64,000 bases of DNA from an uncultured Nitrososphaerales archaeon (GCA_963695855.1 CAVOHZ010000002.1:61435-125434); one strand, 5' to 3'. Counted from the stretch's first letter, positions 1 through 11,997 are shown. The notes: generated by a model not told the origin, from the sequence alone. Program-made: numbers and translations.

Positions 1-46
1 GTAATCAAATAACCATGATGAAATTATTTATGAACATTTCAGAATA

Positions 47-337
47 CTAACCTATCCGTTTCATTTTTGAACCACATTTTGGACACATTAGATTATTATG
101 TTTTGTATCACACATCATACAATAATAATTTACTTTATTAGAATCAAACATTGAAAAATTATCTACTTTAAATCTTGTCATTTCTCTTCTTCGTATATAT
201 ATACTAAGAATTAAAACTATTGAAACGATAACTATTAAAGAATAAGGAAAAGGTACTATCATTGAGATAATAAAACTTATTACAAAATATATTGCAATCC
301 ATTTTAGTTGTTGGTATAAAAAATTTTTATTATTCAT
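47..337 (-). CDS. Small membrane protein with C-terminal zinc ribbon
   Basis: Two hydrophobic segments followed by CMMC...CPKCG. Confidence 0.7.
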   Translation of the reverse strand: MNNKNFLYQQLKWIAIYFVISFIISMIVPFPYSLIVIVSIVLILSIYIRRREMTRFKVDNFSMFDSNKVNYYCMMCDTKHNNLMCPKCGSKMKRIG

Positions 338-453
338 TAATTAAATTAATACTAAGTGATATAAATAAATTTTATAAATATATACAATTTGAATGTTTTA
401 CCAAACTATTTATTAATAGAAAGAGAAATCGTAAACAGTGTTAAATTTAATAA

Positions 454-1296
454 ATGATTGATATTACTTTAGGTCATACGCCAGATTCAGACGATGCTTT
501 TATGTTCTACGGCTTAGCAAGTGGAAAAGTTGATTCCAATGAATTCCGTATTGCTCATGTCATTGAAGATATAGAAAAACTCAACAAACGTGCGGTTAAA
601 CACGAGTTAGATATTACTGCTATCTCGGTTCATGCCTATGCTTTCTTGAAGGAGTATGTAATATTAAGAAGTGGGGGCAGTTTTGGAATAAACTATGGTC
701 CTATTATACTTGCAAAAAAATATTTTTCTCAAGAAGAATTAACTACAAAAACAATCGCAATTCCGGGAAAAATGACTTCAGCATATCTATTGCTATCTCT
801 CTTTCTAAATAATTTGAATCTAAATAATTTCAACGTAAAAGAAATACCATTTCATTTAATTCCTGACGCAATAATTAATAACGAAGTTGATGCAGGCGTT
901 GTAATTCATGAAATACAAATAGCATATGAACATTTAAAACTTTGTAAAATTATTGATCTGGGCGTGTGGTGGCATAATATAACGAATGGTTTACCAGTTC
1001 CATTAGGTATCAACGTTGCAAGTAATAAATCTTTAACATTAAGACAAATACGAGAATTCGATACTTTGTTTAAAAAATCTATTATTTACGGTCTTAATAA
1101 TATGGAAGAAACTCTAAACTACGCAATGAAATATGGAAGAGGACAAGCACAAAATATGATCTCAAAATTTGTTAATATGTACGTGAACGAGGTCACAATT
1201 GATATGGGGGATAAGGGGAAACAAGCAATTGAAAAGGTCTTTGATCTAGCTATTGAAAAACATATTTTATCGCCATTCTCTGTGTATTTTGCATGA
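454..1296 (+). CDS. mqnD: 1,4-dihydroxy-6-naphthoate synthase (futalosine menaquinone pathway)
   Basis: N-terminal LGHTPDSDDAFMFY, GVVIHE and LPVPLG motifs; adjacent to mqnE/mqnC. Confidence 0.88.
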   Translation: MIDITLGHTPDSDDAFMFYGLASGKVDSNEFRIAHVIEDIEKLNKRAVKHELDITAISVHAYAFLKEYVILRSGGSFGINYGPIILAKKYFSQEELTTKTIAIPGKMTSAYLLLSLFLNNLNLNNFNVKEIPFHLIPDAIINNEVDAGVVIHEIQIAYEHLKLCKIIDLGVWWHNITNGLPVPLGINVASNKSLTLRQIREFDTLFKKSIIYGLNNMEETLNYAMKYGRGQAQNMISKFVNMYVNEVTIDMGDKGKQAIEKVFDLAIEKHILSPFSVYFA

Positions 1297-1570
1297 GGCA
1301 AAATGTTCTTTTCATTATCATAAAATCGAGACAGATCATAATCTGAACACTATTGAATAAGAGTTTATCATTAATGTAATCAGTTTCGGCTTTTGCTTAT
1401 ACAAATTCTCTATTTTTACAGGTTTCACAAAAACTAGATCCAAAGATTGGATGATATAAATTTGAACATTTATTTTCTTTCTATTTTATTATCGTACTAA
1501 TAACATACAAGTTATATAAAAAAAATGTAACTTACCATCAATCTTTCTTATTGTTTAATAAAATATTAAG

Positions 1571-2674
1571 TCAGTAATTCTTTATAATATTAAAAAATGT
1601 ATCTCTCTGAGCTGGTTGTCTATTTACCTCTCTAACCAAACTCGCTAATTCTTCCATAGAAGTACCACTATTCTTTCCTGCTGCACGAAAGATTTCTTCT
1701 GAAAATGCAGTACCAACAAAATCATTTCCACCATATGATAATGCAACTTGAGCTATTTTTTTTCCTAATGCTACCCAATAAACAGAAATATTGTTTAAAG
1801 TATTTGCTAATAAAAGTCTTGATATTGCAATAACCCTAAGATCATATACAGATGAACTTTCTATTTTAATTTCTCCATTTTTTTCGATTTCAGTATTATC
1901 TAAACTAAATTTTAGCGGAATAAAGGTGTTAAATCCACCGGTTTTTTTATGTAGATCTCTTATTTTAATAATATGATCAACAATATGTTCTGGTTTTTCA
2001 ATATGACCAAAAAGCATAGTGGAATTAGTTTTTAACCCAACTTCATGAGCCTGTCTAGCGGTATCTAACCACTCTTCGCCTGAACATTTCCCTCTTACAA
2101 TTCTATTCCTAACCTCAGGACTGAAAATTTCTGCTCCGCCACCGGGAAGTGCATCCAAACCAGAACTTTTTAATCTATTTAGTATTTCCTTAACTGAATT
2201 TTTTGTTAATTTAGATATAAAAAAAATTTCTGCAGGTGTTAATGCTTTAATCGTGACATTAGGAAATTCATTTTTAATACTTTTTATCATTTTTTCGTAA
2301 TAATCAAGTCCAAGTTTTGGGTGAAATCCTCCAACTATGTGTAATTCAGTTACTCCCATTTGTTTAATAGCTACTCTAGCACGTTCAACGACCTGTTCAG
2401 TTGTAAGAGTATACGCATCATCCTCACTTCCCTTTCTATAAAATGCACATAGGGGACAGCTTGCAATACAAACATTAGTGTAGTTTAGATAATATGATGA
2501 TGTAAATGTAACAATATTCCCATTTTTTTTCTTTCGGATAATATCAGCAGCTGAACCCAATAAGAACAAGTTTTCTTTAAATAACTGAATACCATCGTTA
2601 TAGGATAATTCTTCTCCAGCTAAAACCTTTTCTACAGCGATAGTTGGTTTAGTATTAAAAATATTATTATACAA
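1571..2674 (-). CDS. mqnE: Aminofutalosine synthase, CofH-like radical SAM
   Basis: NYTNVCIASCPLCAF (CxxxCxxC), ELHIVGG, LPGGGAEIF, YWVALGKKIAQVAL. Confidence 0.82.
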   Translation of the reverse strand: MYNNIFNTKPTIAVEKVLAGEELSYNDGIQLFKENLFLLGSAADIIRKKKNGNIVTFTSSYYLNYTNVCIASCPLCAFYRKGSEDDAYTLTTEQVVERARVAIKQMGVTELHIVGGFHPKLGLDYYEKMIKSIKNEFPNVTIKALTPAEIFFISKLTKNSVKEILNRLKSSGLDALPGGGAEIFSPEVRNRIVRGKCSGEEWLDTARQAHEVGLKTNSTMLFGHIEKPEHIVDHIIKIRDLHKKTGGFNTFIPLKFSLDNTEIEKNGEIKIESSSVYDLRVIAISRLLLANTLNNISVYWVALGKKIAQVALSYGGNDFVGTAFSEEIFRAAGKNSGTSMEELASLVREVNRQPAQRDTFFNIIKNY

Positions 2675-2770
2675 GTTTTGATAGATCTAATCTAATTATT
2701 TATTGATATATAACTTCTTTCAAATTGGTCTTGTAACGAATAAATAGAATTAAGAAAATATAGTACATAA

Positions 2771-3892
2771 TTGCAAAATAGCTTATCTTACTTTGTCTCT
2801 GAATCAGAAATAGGAGATATTTTAAATGATGTTTTGGGAGGTAAACGACTTAATTTCAAAGATTGTGTAAAACTTATAGGTTCTGATGATATTTATGCAA
2901 TCGGGCTAGTAGCTAATCTATTAAGAGATAATCTTTTTGGCAAAACTGCTACTTTTATAAATAATATTATTCTAAACTACACTAATGTTTGTGTAACTTA
3001 CTGTAAATTTTGTGCTTTTTACAGACCACCTGGACATGAAGCATCATATACTCTTACAAAATTAGATATATTAAAAAGAATTTCCATCTCCAAAGAACTG
3101 TTTGGAATGACTCAAATACTTTTTCAAGGTGGACACAATCCAAAATTGTCGATAGAATATTACGAAGATATTTTCAAAGATATTAAAAAGTATTATCCAT
3201 CTATTTCAATCCATGGTCTTTCTGCCTCTGAAATAGATATGATAGCAAAAGTTGAACGAAGTAGTACAAAGGAAATATTATCTAGATTAAAGATGTCGGG
3301 TTTAGATTCTCTTCCAGGTGCAGGAGCAGAAATTCTTGTAGATGAAGTTAAGTCTAAAATAAGCCCTCTTAAAATCAAAAGTAATGATTGGCTCAGGATA
3401 ATGAATGAGGCACATGATATGGGAATTAGTTCTTCTGCAACTATGATGTATGGAACTGTAGAAAATGATTATGATATTGCTCAACACTTGATGAAAATAT
3501 GTGAACTACAAGAGAAAACTAATGGTTTTATAGCTTTCATTCCTTGGGGATTTGAACCTAATAAAACTCAATTGCAATTGGAAGGATTGACCAAATATTC
3601 ACCTGGAGGGTTAAAATTGTTAAAGATGATATCCATCTCAAGAATAATCTTTTATGGTTTAATTCCTCATATTCAGTCATCATGGTTAACAAATGGAATA
3701 GGTATGGCACAGTTAGCACTATTTTTTGGAGCAGATGATTTTGGGGGTACCTTAATTGGTGAAGAAGTTGTAAGTGCCACTGGAGCACGTTCTACTGAGC
3801 TAACTTCAAGCAAGATAATTGAATCCATTCAACAAGTTGAATTTCGTGCTGCTGAGCGCGATAACTTTTATAATATTATACGTTTTTTTTAG
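2771..3892 (+). CDS. mqnC: Cyclic dehypoxanthinyl futalosine synthase, radical SAM
   Basis: NYTNVCVTYCKFCAF, QILFQGG, SLPGAGAEILVD, HIQSSW. Confidence 0.85.
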   Translation: MQNSLSYFVSESEIGDILNDVLGGKRLNFKDCVKLIGSDDIYAIGLVANLLRDNLFGKTATFINNIILNYTNVCVTYCKFCAFYRPPGHEASYTLTKLDILKRISISKELFGMTQILFQGGHNPKLSIEYYEDIFKDIKKYYPSISIHGLSASEIDMIAKVERSSTKEILSRLKMSGLDSLPGAGAEILVDEVKSKISPLKIKSNDWLRIMNEAHDMGISSSATMMYGTVENDYDIAQHLMKICELQEKTNGFIAFIPWGFEPNKTQLQLEGLTKYSPGGLKLLKMISISRIIFYGLIPHIQSSWLTNGIGMAQLALFFGADDFGGTLIGEEVVSATGARSTELTSSKIIESIQQVEFRAAERDNFYNIIRFF

Positions 3893-4028
3893 TATAATTT
3901 TTGAAATTGATATTTTATCTAAAAATTGTATATCTTTATAAATTTTTTATAAAATAAAATGATAATTACAAAATTCTCTATAAATAGTAAGTACGTTTAA
4001 ATGTCTAATTCATAAAATAGAAGTTGAT

Positions 4029-5426
4029 ATGTCTGTTGGTATTGATGATATGGCCCTTTATGTTCCCAAGTTATATGTAGATTCAAATGATTTTGCGAAG
4101 GCAAGAGGAATTGACCCTCATAAATTAGAAAATGGAATAGGTATAAAGAAAATGGCCATTGTTGATACTAATCAGGATCCAGCATGTATGGCCTCTAATG
4201 CTTGTTTAAAGCTAATGCAGAAAAATGACTTGAAACCAAATGATATAGGAAGAATGTATGTAGCTACTGAGTCAGGTCTGGATGAATCCAAAGCAATGAA
4301 TTCCTTCGTGATAGGTATGCTCGAACAGATTTATGGGGAAGACTCATTTGAACATGCCGGCGGAATAGAATGTAAATTTGCTTGTGTGAGTGGTTCCTAT
4401 GCTCTATATGATAATGCTAATTGGATCAGGGCCGAAGAAAATAACGGACGTGCAGCCATTGTCATAGTAAGCGATATAGCAAAGTATGATCTAGGTTCTG
4501 CAGGAGAATATACTCAAGGGGCAGGCGCAATAGCAATGCTTGTCAAAGAAAATCCTAGATTAGTTATTTTCGATCCCAAAGTTACTTCTACGATTATTAA
4601 AAATGAGTATGATTTTTACCGCCCGTTTGGAAGAGAAACTCCTCTTGTTAATGGTAGTTATTCTAATTATTTGTATCTAATTCAAGTTAAAAAAGCCTTT
4701 GATAGTTATAAGGAAAAAGTTTTAAGAACTAATTTGTTCCAAATAAACAGCGATGAATCAATAACAGATAAAATTGATTATGTTAGCGTCCATCTACCTT
4801 ATAGGAAAATGGGTGAAAAAGCATTGGCTTATCTTTTACGACATGAATGGAGACATCTTCCAAGATGGAAAAAAATAATTGAAGAAGTTGGAATGGAGGA
4901 GCCAATCCCAAAGGATCCAAGAGGAACAATTGAATCTATTCTAGCCGATAAAGAATTTATGAAAGCAGATGATACCTTCAGACGTGCATTTATAAAAACA
5001 ACTTTCTTTAAACAAGTCTTCGAGCAAAAGATGGCTAGTTCTCTTGAAGCATCTACAGTAATAGGAAATATATATACTGCATCTATGTACATGGGATTAC
5101 GAAGTCTACTTGAATTTGAATATAAGAAAAATATTGATTTAGCAAATAAGAGAATAGGATTTGGTTCATATGGAAGTGGAAGTAGTGCAATGGTTTTCAG
5201 TGGCGTGGTCCAAGAAGAATATAAAGAAATAGTAAAGGACATGAATCTAGAAATGGAAATAGGAAATCGTACTAAACTTGATATGGCAGAATATAAACGT
5301 CTTCACTCTAATGAACTACCAATAAATGAATCCTTTTTGGATCATGAGAAAGAATTTGTTCTAGTAAAGATTGGAGGAAATACATCTGATAAAGCTGGAC
5401 AAAGAGACTATCTCTTTTGTAACTAA
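4029..5426 (+). CDS. Hydroxymethylglutaryl-CoA synthase
   Basis: VGIDDM start, ATES, ECKFACVSG catalytic Cys, EYTQGAGA, GNIYTAS, SYGSG. Confidence 0.9.
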   Translation: MSVGIDDMALYVPKLYVDSNDFAKARGIDPHKLENGIGIKKMAIVDTNQDPACMASNACLKLMQKNDLKPNDIGRMYVATESGLDESKAMNSFVIGMLEQIYGEDSFEHAGGIECKFACVSGSYALYDNANWIRAEENNGRAAIVIVSDIAKYDLGSAGEYTQGAGAIAMLVKENPRLVIFDPKVTSTIIKNEYDFYRPFGRETPLVNGSYSNYLYLIQVKKAFDSYKEKVLRTNLFQINSDESITDKIDYVSVHLPYRKMGEKALAYLLRHEWRHLPRWKKIIEEVGMEEPIPKDPRGTIESILADKEFMKADDTFRRAFIKTTFFKQVFEQKMASSLEASTVIGNIYTASMYMGLRSLLEFEYKKNIDLANKRIGFGSYGSGSSAMVFSGVVQEEYKEIVKDMNLEMEIGNRTKLDMAEYKRLHSNELPINESFLDHEKEFVLVKIGGNTSDKAGQRDYLFCN

Positions 5427-5844
5427 ATAATTTTTCTAATTTAGACACTTTTTAATATTATGTTCTTCTATTATATAATAACTCCACCTGTAGGAAGTTA
5501 TATTATAATATGAATATTTTAGTATTAAGACTCTATCCTAAAAGTAGTTTATAGCTCTATTTTCTTAGAGTTCACCTAATTTTTTCAATATTGTTTCTAT
5601 ACCTTTGAACTATTCATTTTGTTTTTCATCATTTTTTCTGCAGATATTTTTATAAACAGAATAATTGGGTTTCGGGATAGGTTATGTAGATTGTTACTGT
5701 ACTTCTTTTTTTATATAATTTAGATAACTTTGAATTATGTCCTTGTGGAATTTTTGTGTAAGTTCCATTGATTTAATAAATGTATCCAAATTATTAGTTA
5801 TAATATTGTTTATTAATTTTAATGACTCATCTTTGCTAATTAAA

Positions 5845-6216
5845 TTAGTATGCATATTTTGAATGTGGAATGGATAATGTGTAAATCTTCCAGAAATAGT
5901 AAATATCCTGTAATATTTGAGAATATACCGAATTATACATGTTTATCATATTCTTATTAAGTTCTAGATAATAGGTAGTAATCTCTATTGGATCATTAAT
6001 AGTTCGTTGTTGATGTTGTCTCAAACTATTATCAGGATGCTGTACTAATTGTATATTTGTTTGATTTTTGTCTGGATCGTAAATTATAGAATCTGGTAAT
6101 TTCTTTCTTTGTAAATATTGTTGTTTCTTGTTCTTTTCTTTTTTTGCGTACGTCTTTTTGATCTTGTTAGTCTTGCTTAATTTCTTGTGATATAATATTG
6201 GTTTAGATAACAACAC
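5845..6216 (-). CDS. Hypothetical protein (possibly degraded)
   Basis: 123-aa ORF only; no recognised motif. Confidence 0.3.
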   Translation of the reverse strand: MLLSKPILYHKKLSKTNKIKKTYAKKEKNKKQQYLQRKKLPDSIIYDPDKNQTNIQLVQHPDNSLRQHQQRTINDPIEITTYYLELNKNMINMYNSVYSQILQDIYYFWKIYTLSIPHSKYAY

Positions 6217-6640
6217 AAAAATACGAACGTTCTTATTTAAAAAAATTTGTATAATAAATATATAATTTCTGGTTAAAAAAAATTATTATACAAGATTATT
6301 GAATTTGTAATTTGATTATAACTCTCATATATTAATAACTCAGTTTTACGATTTGATGATACACATAGTTATAAAGATTAACATGGTCAATCCAACTTAA
6401 AAAAGAATTAAATTTAACTCTTGGAATTTTAGAAGAATGATAAATTTTATTCTACACTAGAGTCAGCAGCAATATATTTCCAAATTTTATAGATATATTA
6501 ATAATTGATATCAATATAATAATCAAAAAATATCAATAACATTATACATACCAAAACAAATACTAAAAATTAATCTTATTATCAGTATATATTCAATAAA
6601 TTTTGTGTAAAAAAATAATATATTGTTAACTTTTTAATAT

Positions 6641-7024
6641 CTACTTACTTTCAGGTTTTGTTTTGTCCTCCACAATTTTATATCTTGATAAAAACTTGTA
6701 GGCAACGAAAACTACAAGTGCTATTATCAGAAAATCTATGATATTAGCAATCAAGTCTCCATATTTGAATTCTGACATTGTACCAGACACACTCGTAACA
6801 TTTGCAGATAGTGTTTCTAGACTTCCTGAGGGCAGGAATAGACCAACAAGTGGATTAATAATATCTTCAACAAACGCAGTAACCAATTTTGATGATGCCT
6901 GCCCTATGACAAAAGCTATTGCTAAACCTATTATACCAAATGTCTTGAGAAAATCAAAGAATTCCTGAATAAAAGTTCTAGTTACTGGAGACGATGAAGA
7001 AGGAGAGAAATCTTTATCTACCAT
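6641..7024 (-). CDS. mscL: Large-conductance mechanosensitive channel
   Basis: EFFDFL...GLAIAFVIG...LVTAFVEDIINPL...YGDLIANIIDFLIIALVVF. Confidence 0.9.
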   Translation of the reverse strand: MVDKDFSPSSSSPVTRTFIQEFFDFLKTFGIIGLAIAFVIGQASSKLVTAFVEDIINPLVGLFLPSGSLETLSANVTSVSGTMSEFKYGDLIANIIDFLIIALVVFVAYKFLSRYKIVEDKTKPESK

Positions 7025-7579
7025 GATTTTAATATATCTAAAAAAACAACATCTTTCATCAATAATAACGTTTAAAATTATTTACAAGAATGTAAAATAT
7101 TACATTAACTATATGAAATATTTAGAAAAATTTTAGAATAAGAGTTACATTTTTCTGTAATGTTTCGTAAATAATTTTATCTTTTTCATTTTCTATTTCT
7201 ATTTTATTTATCCAAATTATTATACAAGTTTTCAAATAATGGGAAATAGAAAAGAGTAAAAAAACTTTTTATTTTCAGCAATTGACTTACTATACCATCT
7301 ATTTTATGTGTTATTATTATCATCTAGTTTATTTTTATTCATGATATGGATCCTATTCTCTATATTCATCTAAATATTTTGATAATTACATTATTGCGCC
7401 ATCTATAGCAAATCCAAAACGATTTAAATTATTTTCAGACTTATAAACTAGAACGGAATTAAATTTTAACAAAAAATGACTCTAATTACGCATTTAAAAA
7501 AAACTAAATACAAGATATGTACCTTTGTATACATATCAAACTCGAATCTGTGATCACATTAAATTATTATATATTTTGT

Positions 7580-8524
7580 GGCTCTGTAGAAACCATCATA
7601 GCTAGCAACATTCTACCATTAATTATTGAACAAACAACAATCAAAATATGTTAGATTAGCAGATCAACTATTACGTATTCTCAAACATTGCAGAATTCCA
7701 TTATATATGCATAGAAAGAGCAATCACATTTACACAGTATGGCAACACATAGTACTTGTTACAATAAGACAGTATGAAGGTAAGAGTTATCGAATGTTTA
7801 CAGACTGGCTTGTTGAAGCATACTATTTGAGATTGTTTTTACAACTATCCAAAATACCACATTATACAACATTACAGAAATTCACAGATAGAATCAACAT
7901 CATGAAGCTTGGAAAGATAATATCATCTTTTATCTTATTCACAGGAACAAGACGCATATTTACTGGCATAGATTCGACTGGATTCAAAATAACATATGCG
8001 TCAGAATATTATACGAATAGAGCCAAATTGAGAAGGAAGAAATATGCTAAATTATCTATTGGTGCAGATGTTCTAAAACAGATATTCTGCAAGGTCAAGG
8101 TAAGACGAGCTCCAACAACAAGACATGACAATATGGATTTCAAACCTATTGTAACAAAAATATCAAAAATAAAACCATTATCGGTAGTTGTAGCGGATAA
8201 AGCATATGATAGCGAAGATAACCATGTACTTGTAAGAGAGAAACTACATGGATTCAGTATCATGCCTCCAAGATATGAACAAGTACCAGTATGGAAAACT
8301 CGTGGTAAATATAGAAAGGAGATGAAACGTGGATACAACAAGATTCTATACAATCAAAGAAACAAGGATGAAACTATGGTATCTGTCATAAAAAGACTGT
8401 TTGGGGAACATATCACATCCAAACTTGTGAGAATGCAAAATAGAGAATTGATATTCAGATGTATAGCATACAATACTCACAGAATGGTGAAGTTGGTTGT
8501 TATAGTAATGGTTTCTACACAGCC
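7580..8524 (+). mobile_element. IS5-family (ISH1-like) insertion sequence
   Basis: 17-bp TIRs GGCTCTGTAGAAACCAT (7580-7596) and ATGGTTTCTACACAGCC (8508-8524), one mismatch; 7-bp direct repeat ATTTTGT at 7573-7579 and 8525-8531. Confidence 0.9.
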
Positions 8525-8552
8525 ATTTTGTTTAATATTATATATATTATAA
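7626..8552 (+). CDS. IS5-family DDE transposase
   Basis: GIDSTG, VVADKAYDS and YNQRNKDETMVSVIKR motifs. Confidence 0.9.
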   Translation: MNKQQSKYVRLADQLLRILKHCRIPLYMHRKSNHIYTVWQHIVLVTIRQYEGKSYRMFTDWLVEAYYLRLFLQLSKIPHYTTLQKFTDRINIMKLGKIISSFILFTGTRRIFTGIDSTGFKITYASEYYTNRAKLRRKKYAKLSIGADVLKQIFCKVKVRRAPTTRHDNMDFKPIVTKISKIKPLSVVVADKAYDSEDNHVLVREKLHGFSIMPPRYEQVPVWKTRGKYRKEMKRGYNKILYNQRNKDETMVSVIKRLFGEHITSKLVRMQNRELIFRCIAYNTHRMVKLVVIVMVSTQPFCLILYIL

Positions 8553-8892
8553 TTTTTTATATAAATGATTTTTGTGAATTATATGTTGGGATGAGAAAAA
8601 AGATACAAAGGGGTTTTTGTTATCTAGTGAAAAGCATATGTTAAATCTTAATTTGATGACAATGATTCACATAATTATTTTTTATAATATCATATAACTA
8701 TGTATTGAAAATGTATTATATTATCGGTAATAATTCTATCTGAATAATAAGTTTTATTTTGTTTAGCTCTGATGAACATTTTACCTACTGGAGCCTTTGG
8801 GATATTAGATATCTTAGTTAAATAAATAAGTAAAAATATTATTTTAAAAGAAATATAAGGATTATTGCAATGTGTGTATTAGCTAACATTTC

Positions 8893-10140
8893 TTACATAT
8901 AGCATCTTTCTGCAGATGTGTCTTTATCACCAGTAAAGTATCCTTTACCTTGCCCATCACATAAAGTTGCTGGAGTTGCTCCAAGATTTTTAATTGTATT
9001 TGATACGTCTGAAGGAGACGCATTTGGATGTGATGAAAGGTAAAGTGCAACAGATCCGGTTACATATGATGTAGCCATACTTGTTCCACTGAGTTGCAAA
9101 AGAATTCGATTTATAGGTAGAATTGATACTTACACCTGAAGCTGCTATATCTACTACATTGCCATAGTTACTAAATGATGCCAGCAAATCATCTTTACCA
9201 TAATTAGAAGAAACTTCAGATGCACCACATTTGGTATCTGTATCTACAATCCCTGAAACTGCAATAACATTGGGATGATTTGCAGGCGAAAACGAAGAAG
9301 CATCTTTGTCGTCATTTCCTGCCGCGACTACAAATGTAACATCAGCATTGACTGCTCCATTAATGGCCGTATTCAACGCAGATGATGTACATTGACAACC
9401 CAGGCTCAAATTAACAACTTCGACTTTACCTGCATTTGCAGTTACATAATCTATTGCTGAAATTAGAGATGATATTGAACCGGATCCACTGTCATCTAAA
9501 ACCTTCAAAATTCCATAATCGTGTTCCAGGTGCTACCCCTACAACTCCAACAGTATTATCCTTTGCAGCTGCAGATCCAGCTACATGAGTTCCATGACGA
9601 TTTTTATCAGTAGCAAGATATGAATTTCCGGTAAAGTCATTCTGTCTAAAAATATTCAAATCCTGGTGATTATATATTCCAGTGTCAAGTATTGCTATAT
9701 CGGCATTGACCCATCCCAAGATTTAGTGAAACTTTGATCTGCATCTATTCTGTTTATACTCTTTGGTAATGTTTGAGCAAATGATTAAATCTTTTGATCC
9801 TGCTCTACGTACTTTACATTTGGATCTTGTCTTATTTTATTCAGTTCTTCTTAGGTATTAATTTTAACGACTGACGCTTTAATGGAATTTTGAAAAATAT
9901 TTAAAATATCATCTTTGAAGGTACTTGTTTCTATCCTTTTCACTATCTGCTTTATCATATAGTTGGGATTCTTGATATTCTCCCTGAAAACTACTATTGT
10001 CATCGTTGCCAGCAGAAGAAGGTGATGATGGTTATGATGATTGTGCATAGATCTCACTTGAAATCGATGGGACTAAAAAAAATGCAAAATAACCCATTGA
10101 CATTATAAAACAAACGAGACCTTTTTTACTTTTTTCAATA
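8893..10140 (-). pseudogene. Subtilisin-like S8 serine protease, frameshifted
   Basis: Catalytic motifs AILDTG, HGTHVAG and SGTSMAT lie in separate frames (ORFs 9492-9719, 8990-9508, 8893-9099); propeptide fragment upstream; 5' limit approximate. Confidence 0.88.
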
Positions 10141-10403
10141 TTTATTTGCTTAAATTATAAATATTTAGGAATTCTCATATTTATTATCAAAAATTTGTTA
10201 CATTTTCAAGTATTAACATACTTTTAGTAATTTAACTTGTTGAATATACTATTTCGATGGTGAGTAGCACATTATTCATGTTATAAAAAGCTGGATTAAT
10301 ACTTCTATTTAAACATTCATAATCTTACAAGTCTTGATAATAATCTTGCGCAATTGGGAGGACATTAGATTTTTATATGAAATAAACGAAAAAATATTAT
10401 CTT

Positions 10404-10832
10404 TTGTCAACTAACATAAATAAGTCTATAAAGAATAAAAGTGAACTATCTGAACAGGTATTTCATGCTATAGCCGATAGCGGAGAAAACGGAGTCTTCC
10501 AAACTGAACTTTGTAAATCTTTTTCAATAGATAGCAGAGATGGGTCTAGGTTAGTAGGAAATTTGGAAAAACAGTCTTTGATCTCAAGAGAAAAAATATT
10601 GTATAAAGGAAGATGGACATACAAGTTGATAGTAAAAAAGATACCCCAATTAAAAGAAGTAGACAAGAAACCTATTGAAATAGATAGTGTAGAAGGAGCA
10701 CCTTGTTTTAGTTGTTCCTATCAGCATTTATGTTCTACTGAAGATGAAATGAGTCAATATAGTCCTTCCAGATGTAGTTGGATTGAACAATGGGTAATAA
10801 TTGACTCTAAAAAACGAGGAGAATCAAACTAG
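10404..10832 (+). CDS. Transcription factor E beta subunit (RPC34-like wHTH plus Fe-S domain)
   Basis: wHTH (GVFQTEL...DSRDGSRLV...GRWTYKL) plus C-terminal APCFSCxxxxxC...SPSRC.WI..W. Confidence 0.72.
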   Translation: MSTNINKSIKNKSELSEQVFHAIADSGENGVFQTELCKSFSIDSRDGSRLVGNLEKQSLISREKILYKGRWTYKLIVKKIPQLKEVDKKPIEIDSVEGAPCFSCSYQHLCSTEDEMSQYSPSRCSWIEQWVIIDSKKRGESN

Positions 10833-10870
10833 TTATCAAATAAAGCAGTTTTACATAGTTCAAGAAATGG

Positions 10871-11389
10871 TTATAACCTGCTATCAAATTTTTTTTCTAT
10901 TATAACAAAAGCAGATTCAATTTGACTTGTTCCATTAACTTTCCAATCAATATCATCATCTACCAATATAGATGAATGTTTTAATAATCCTTCAATTAAT
11001 TTTAGATTAGAATTAGTTGGTTGGAGTATTATAGAAGACTTTAACGTTGTATTTTGTTGTGGAGAAAATTGAGGTCTGCCATTTAATGGAATATCTTCAT
11101 ATGATAGAATACCATGACCCAAGAATTCATCATTTCCAAACAAGTCATATTCTACTTTTGAAGTAGTTGCAGTTTTATTAGATGGATTATATACATTAAA
11201 TGATAATAATAATTCTACATTATTAGTATCATTAGAAATATTATTTATTGTTACATTAGCTAGCTTGAAATCTATCGCATCAGCGTCAGGGGAACTGACA
11301 TAATATTGAATTCTTGGAAGAAAAATTATCGTTAATGCTATGACGGATATTACCCCAAATAGAATTATTCTTCTTTTACTAAAGAACAT
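10871..11389 (-). CDS. LEA_2/WHy-like membrane-anchored protein
   Basis: N-terminal TM segment, FNVYNPS motif, beta-rich; paralogue of 49105-49674. Confidence 0.65.
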   Translation of the reverse strand: MFFSKRRIILFGVISVIALTIIFLPRIQYYVSSPDADAIDFKLANVTINNISNDTNNVELLLSFNVYNPSNKTATTSKVEYDLFGNDEFLGHGILSYEDIPLNGRPQFSPQQNTTLKSSIILQPTNSNLKLIEGLLKHSSILVDDDIDWKVNGTSQIESAFVIIEKKFDSRL

Positions 11390-11496
11390 ATAATACCAAA
11401 TTTAGAATTCGTAAAGCGAATTAAAATGTTTCTGTAATAATAGCACTAGTCTTATAACTTAAGTAATTTATATCATATAAGGCATGTTATTGGGTT

Positions 11497-11997
11497 ATGA
11501 ATTTAATTGATAGTGTTATAATTTGGATCCATCTTCTCGCTGCTTGTATTTGGATAGGAGGATCAATTTTCATTGGTTTGATTCTTGCACCAATGCTAAA
11601 AACTATTGGGAACTCAATAGAAGATCGCGTTATTCTAATGATCAAAGTCGGAAGAAGATTTAACAAATTTGCATTTCCCTCTTTTTTAATATTAATATTA
11701 AGTGGGATATACAATTCTAGATTTTTTTTTGAAGCTCCTAATAATTTTATTACAACTGATTATGGAATATTGCTTTTGATTAAAATTATACTAGTCATTA
11801 TTACCTCTATTTTTTATTTTATTCATATCAAAAGTTTTGGGAAAGATATTGAAAATAAACTGTTAGAAGATAATGACTCGTTATATGTAAAAGTAATTCG
11901 TTCAAAGATAATTAACTATGGAAGAATAACAGTTTTCCTTTCTATTCTTATTCTGTTATTTGCATCTTTTCTTGATTCTGGTCTAAAGTTAAGATAA
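11497..11997 (+). CDS. CopD-family copper resistance membrane protein
   Basis: WIHLLAACIWIGG, LSGIYN, YGILLLIKIILV; four TM segments. Confidence 0.75.
   Translation: MNLIDSVIIWIHLLAACIWIGGSIFIGLILAPMLKTIGNSIEDRVILMIKVGRRFNKFAFPSFLILILSGIYNSRFFFEAPNNFITTDYGILLLIKIILVIITSIFYFIHIKSFGKDIENKLLEDNDSLYVKVIRSKIINYGRITVFLSILILLFASFLDSGLKLR

Noticed and set aside
7081-7096. TTTACA-AGAA-TGTAAA-like site upstream of mscL as a copper operator
   Set aside because: Spacer length differs from the two exact copies and such sites are likely by chance in AT-rich DNA
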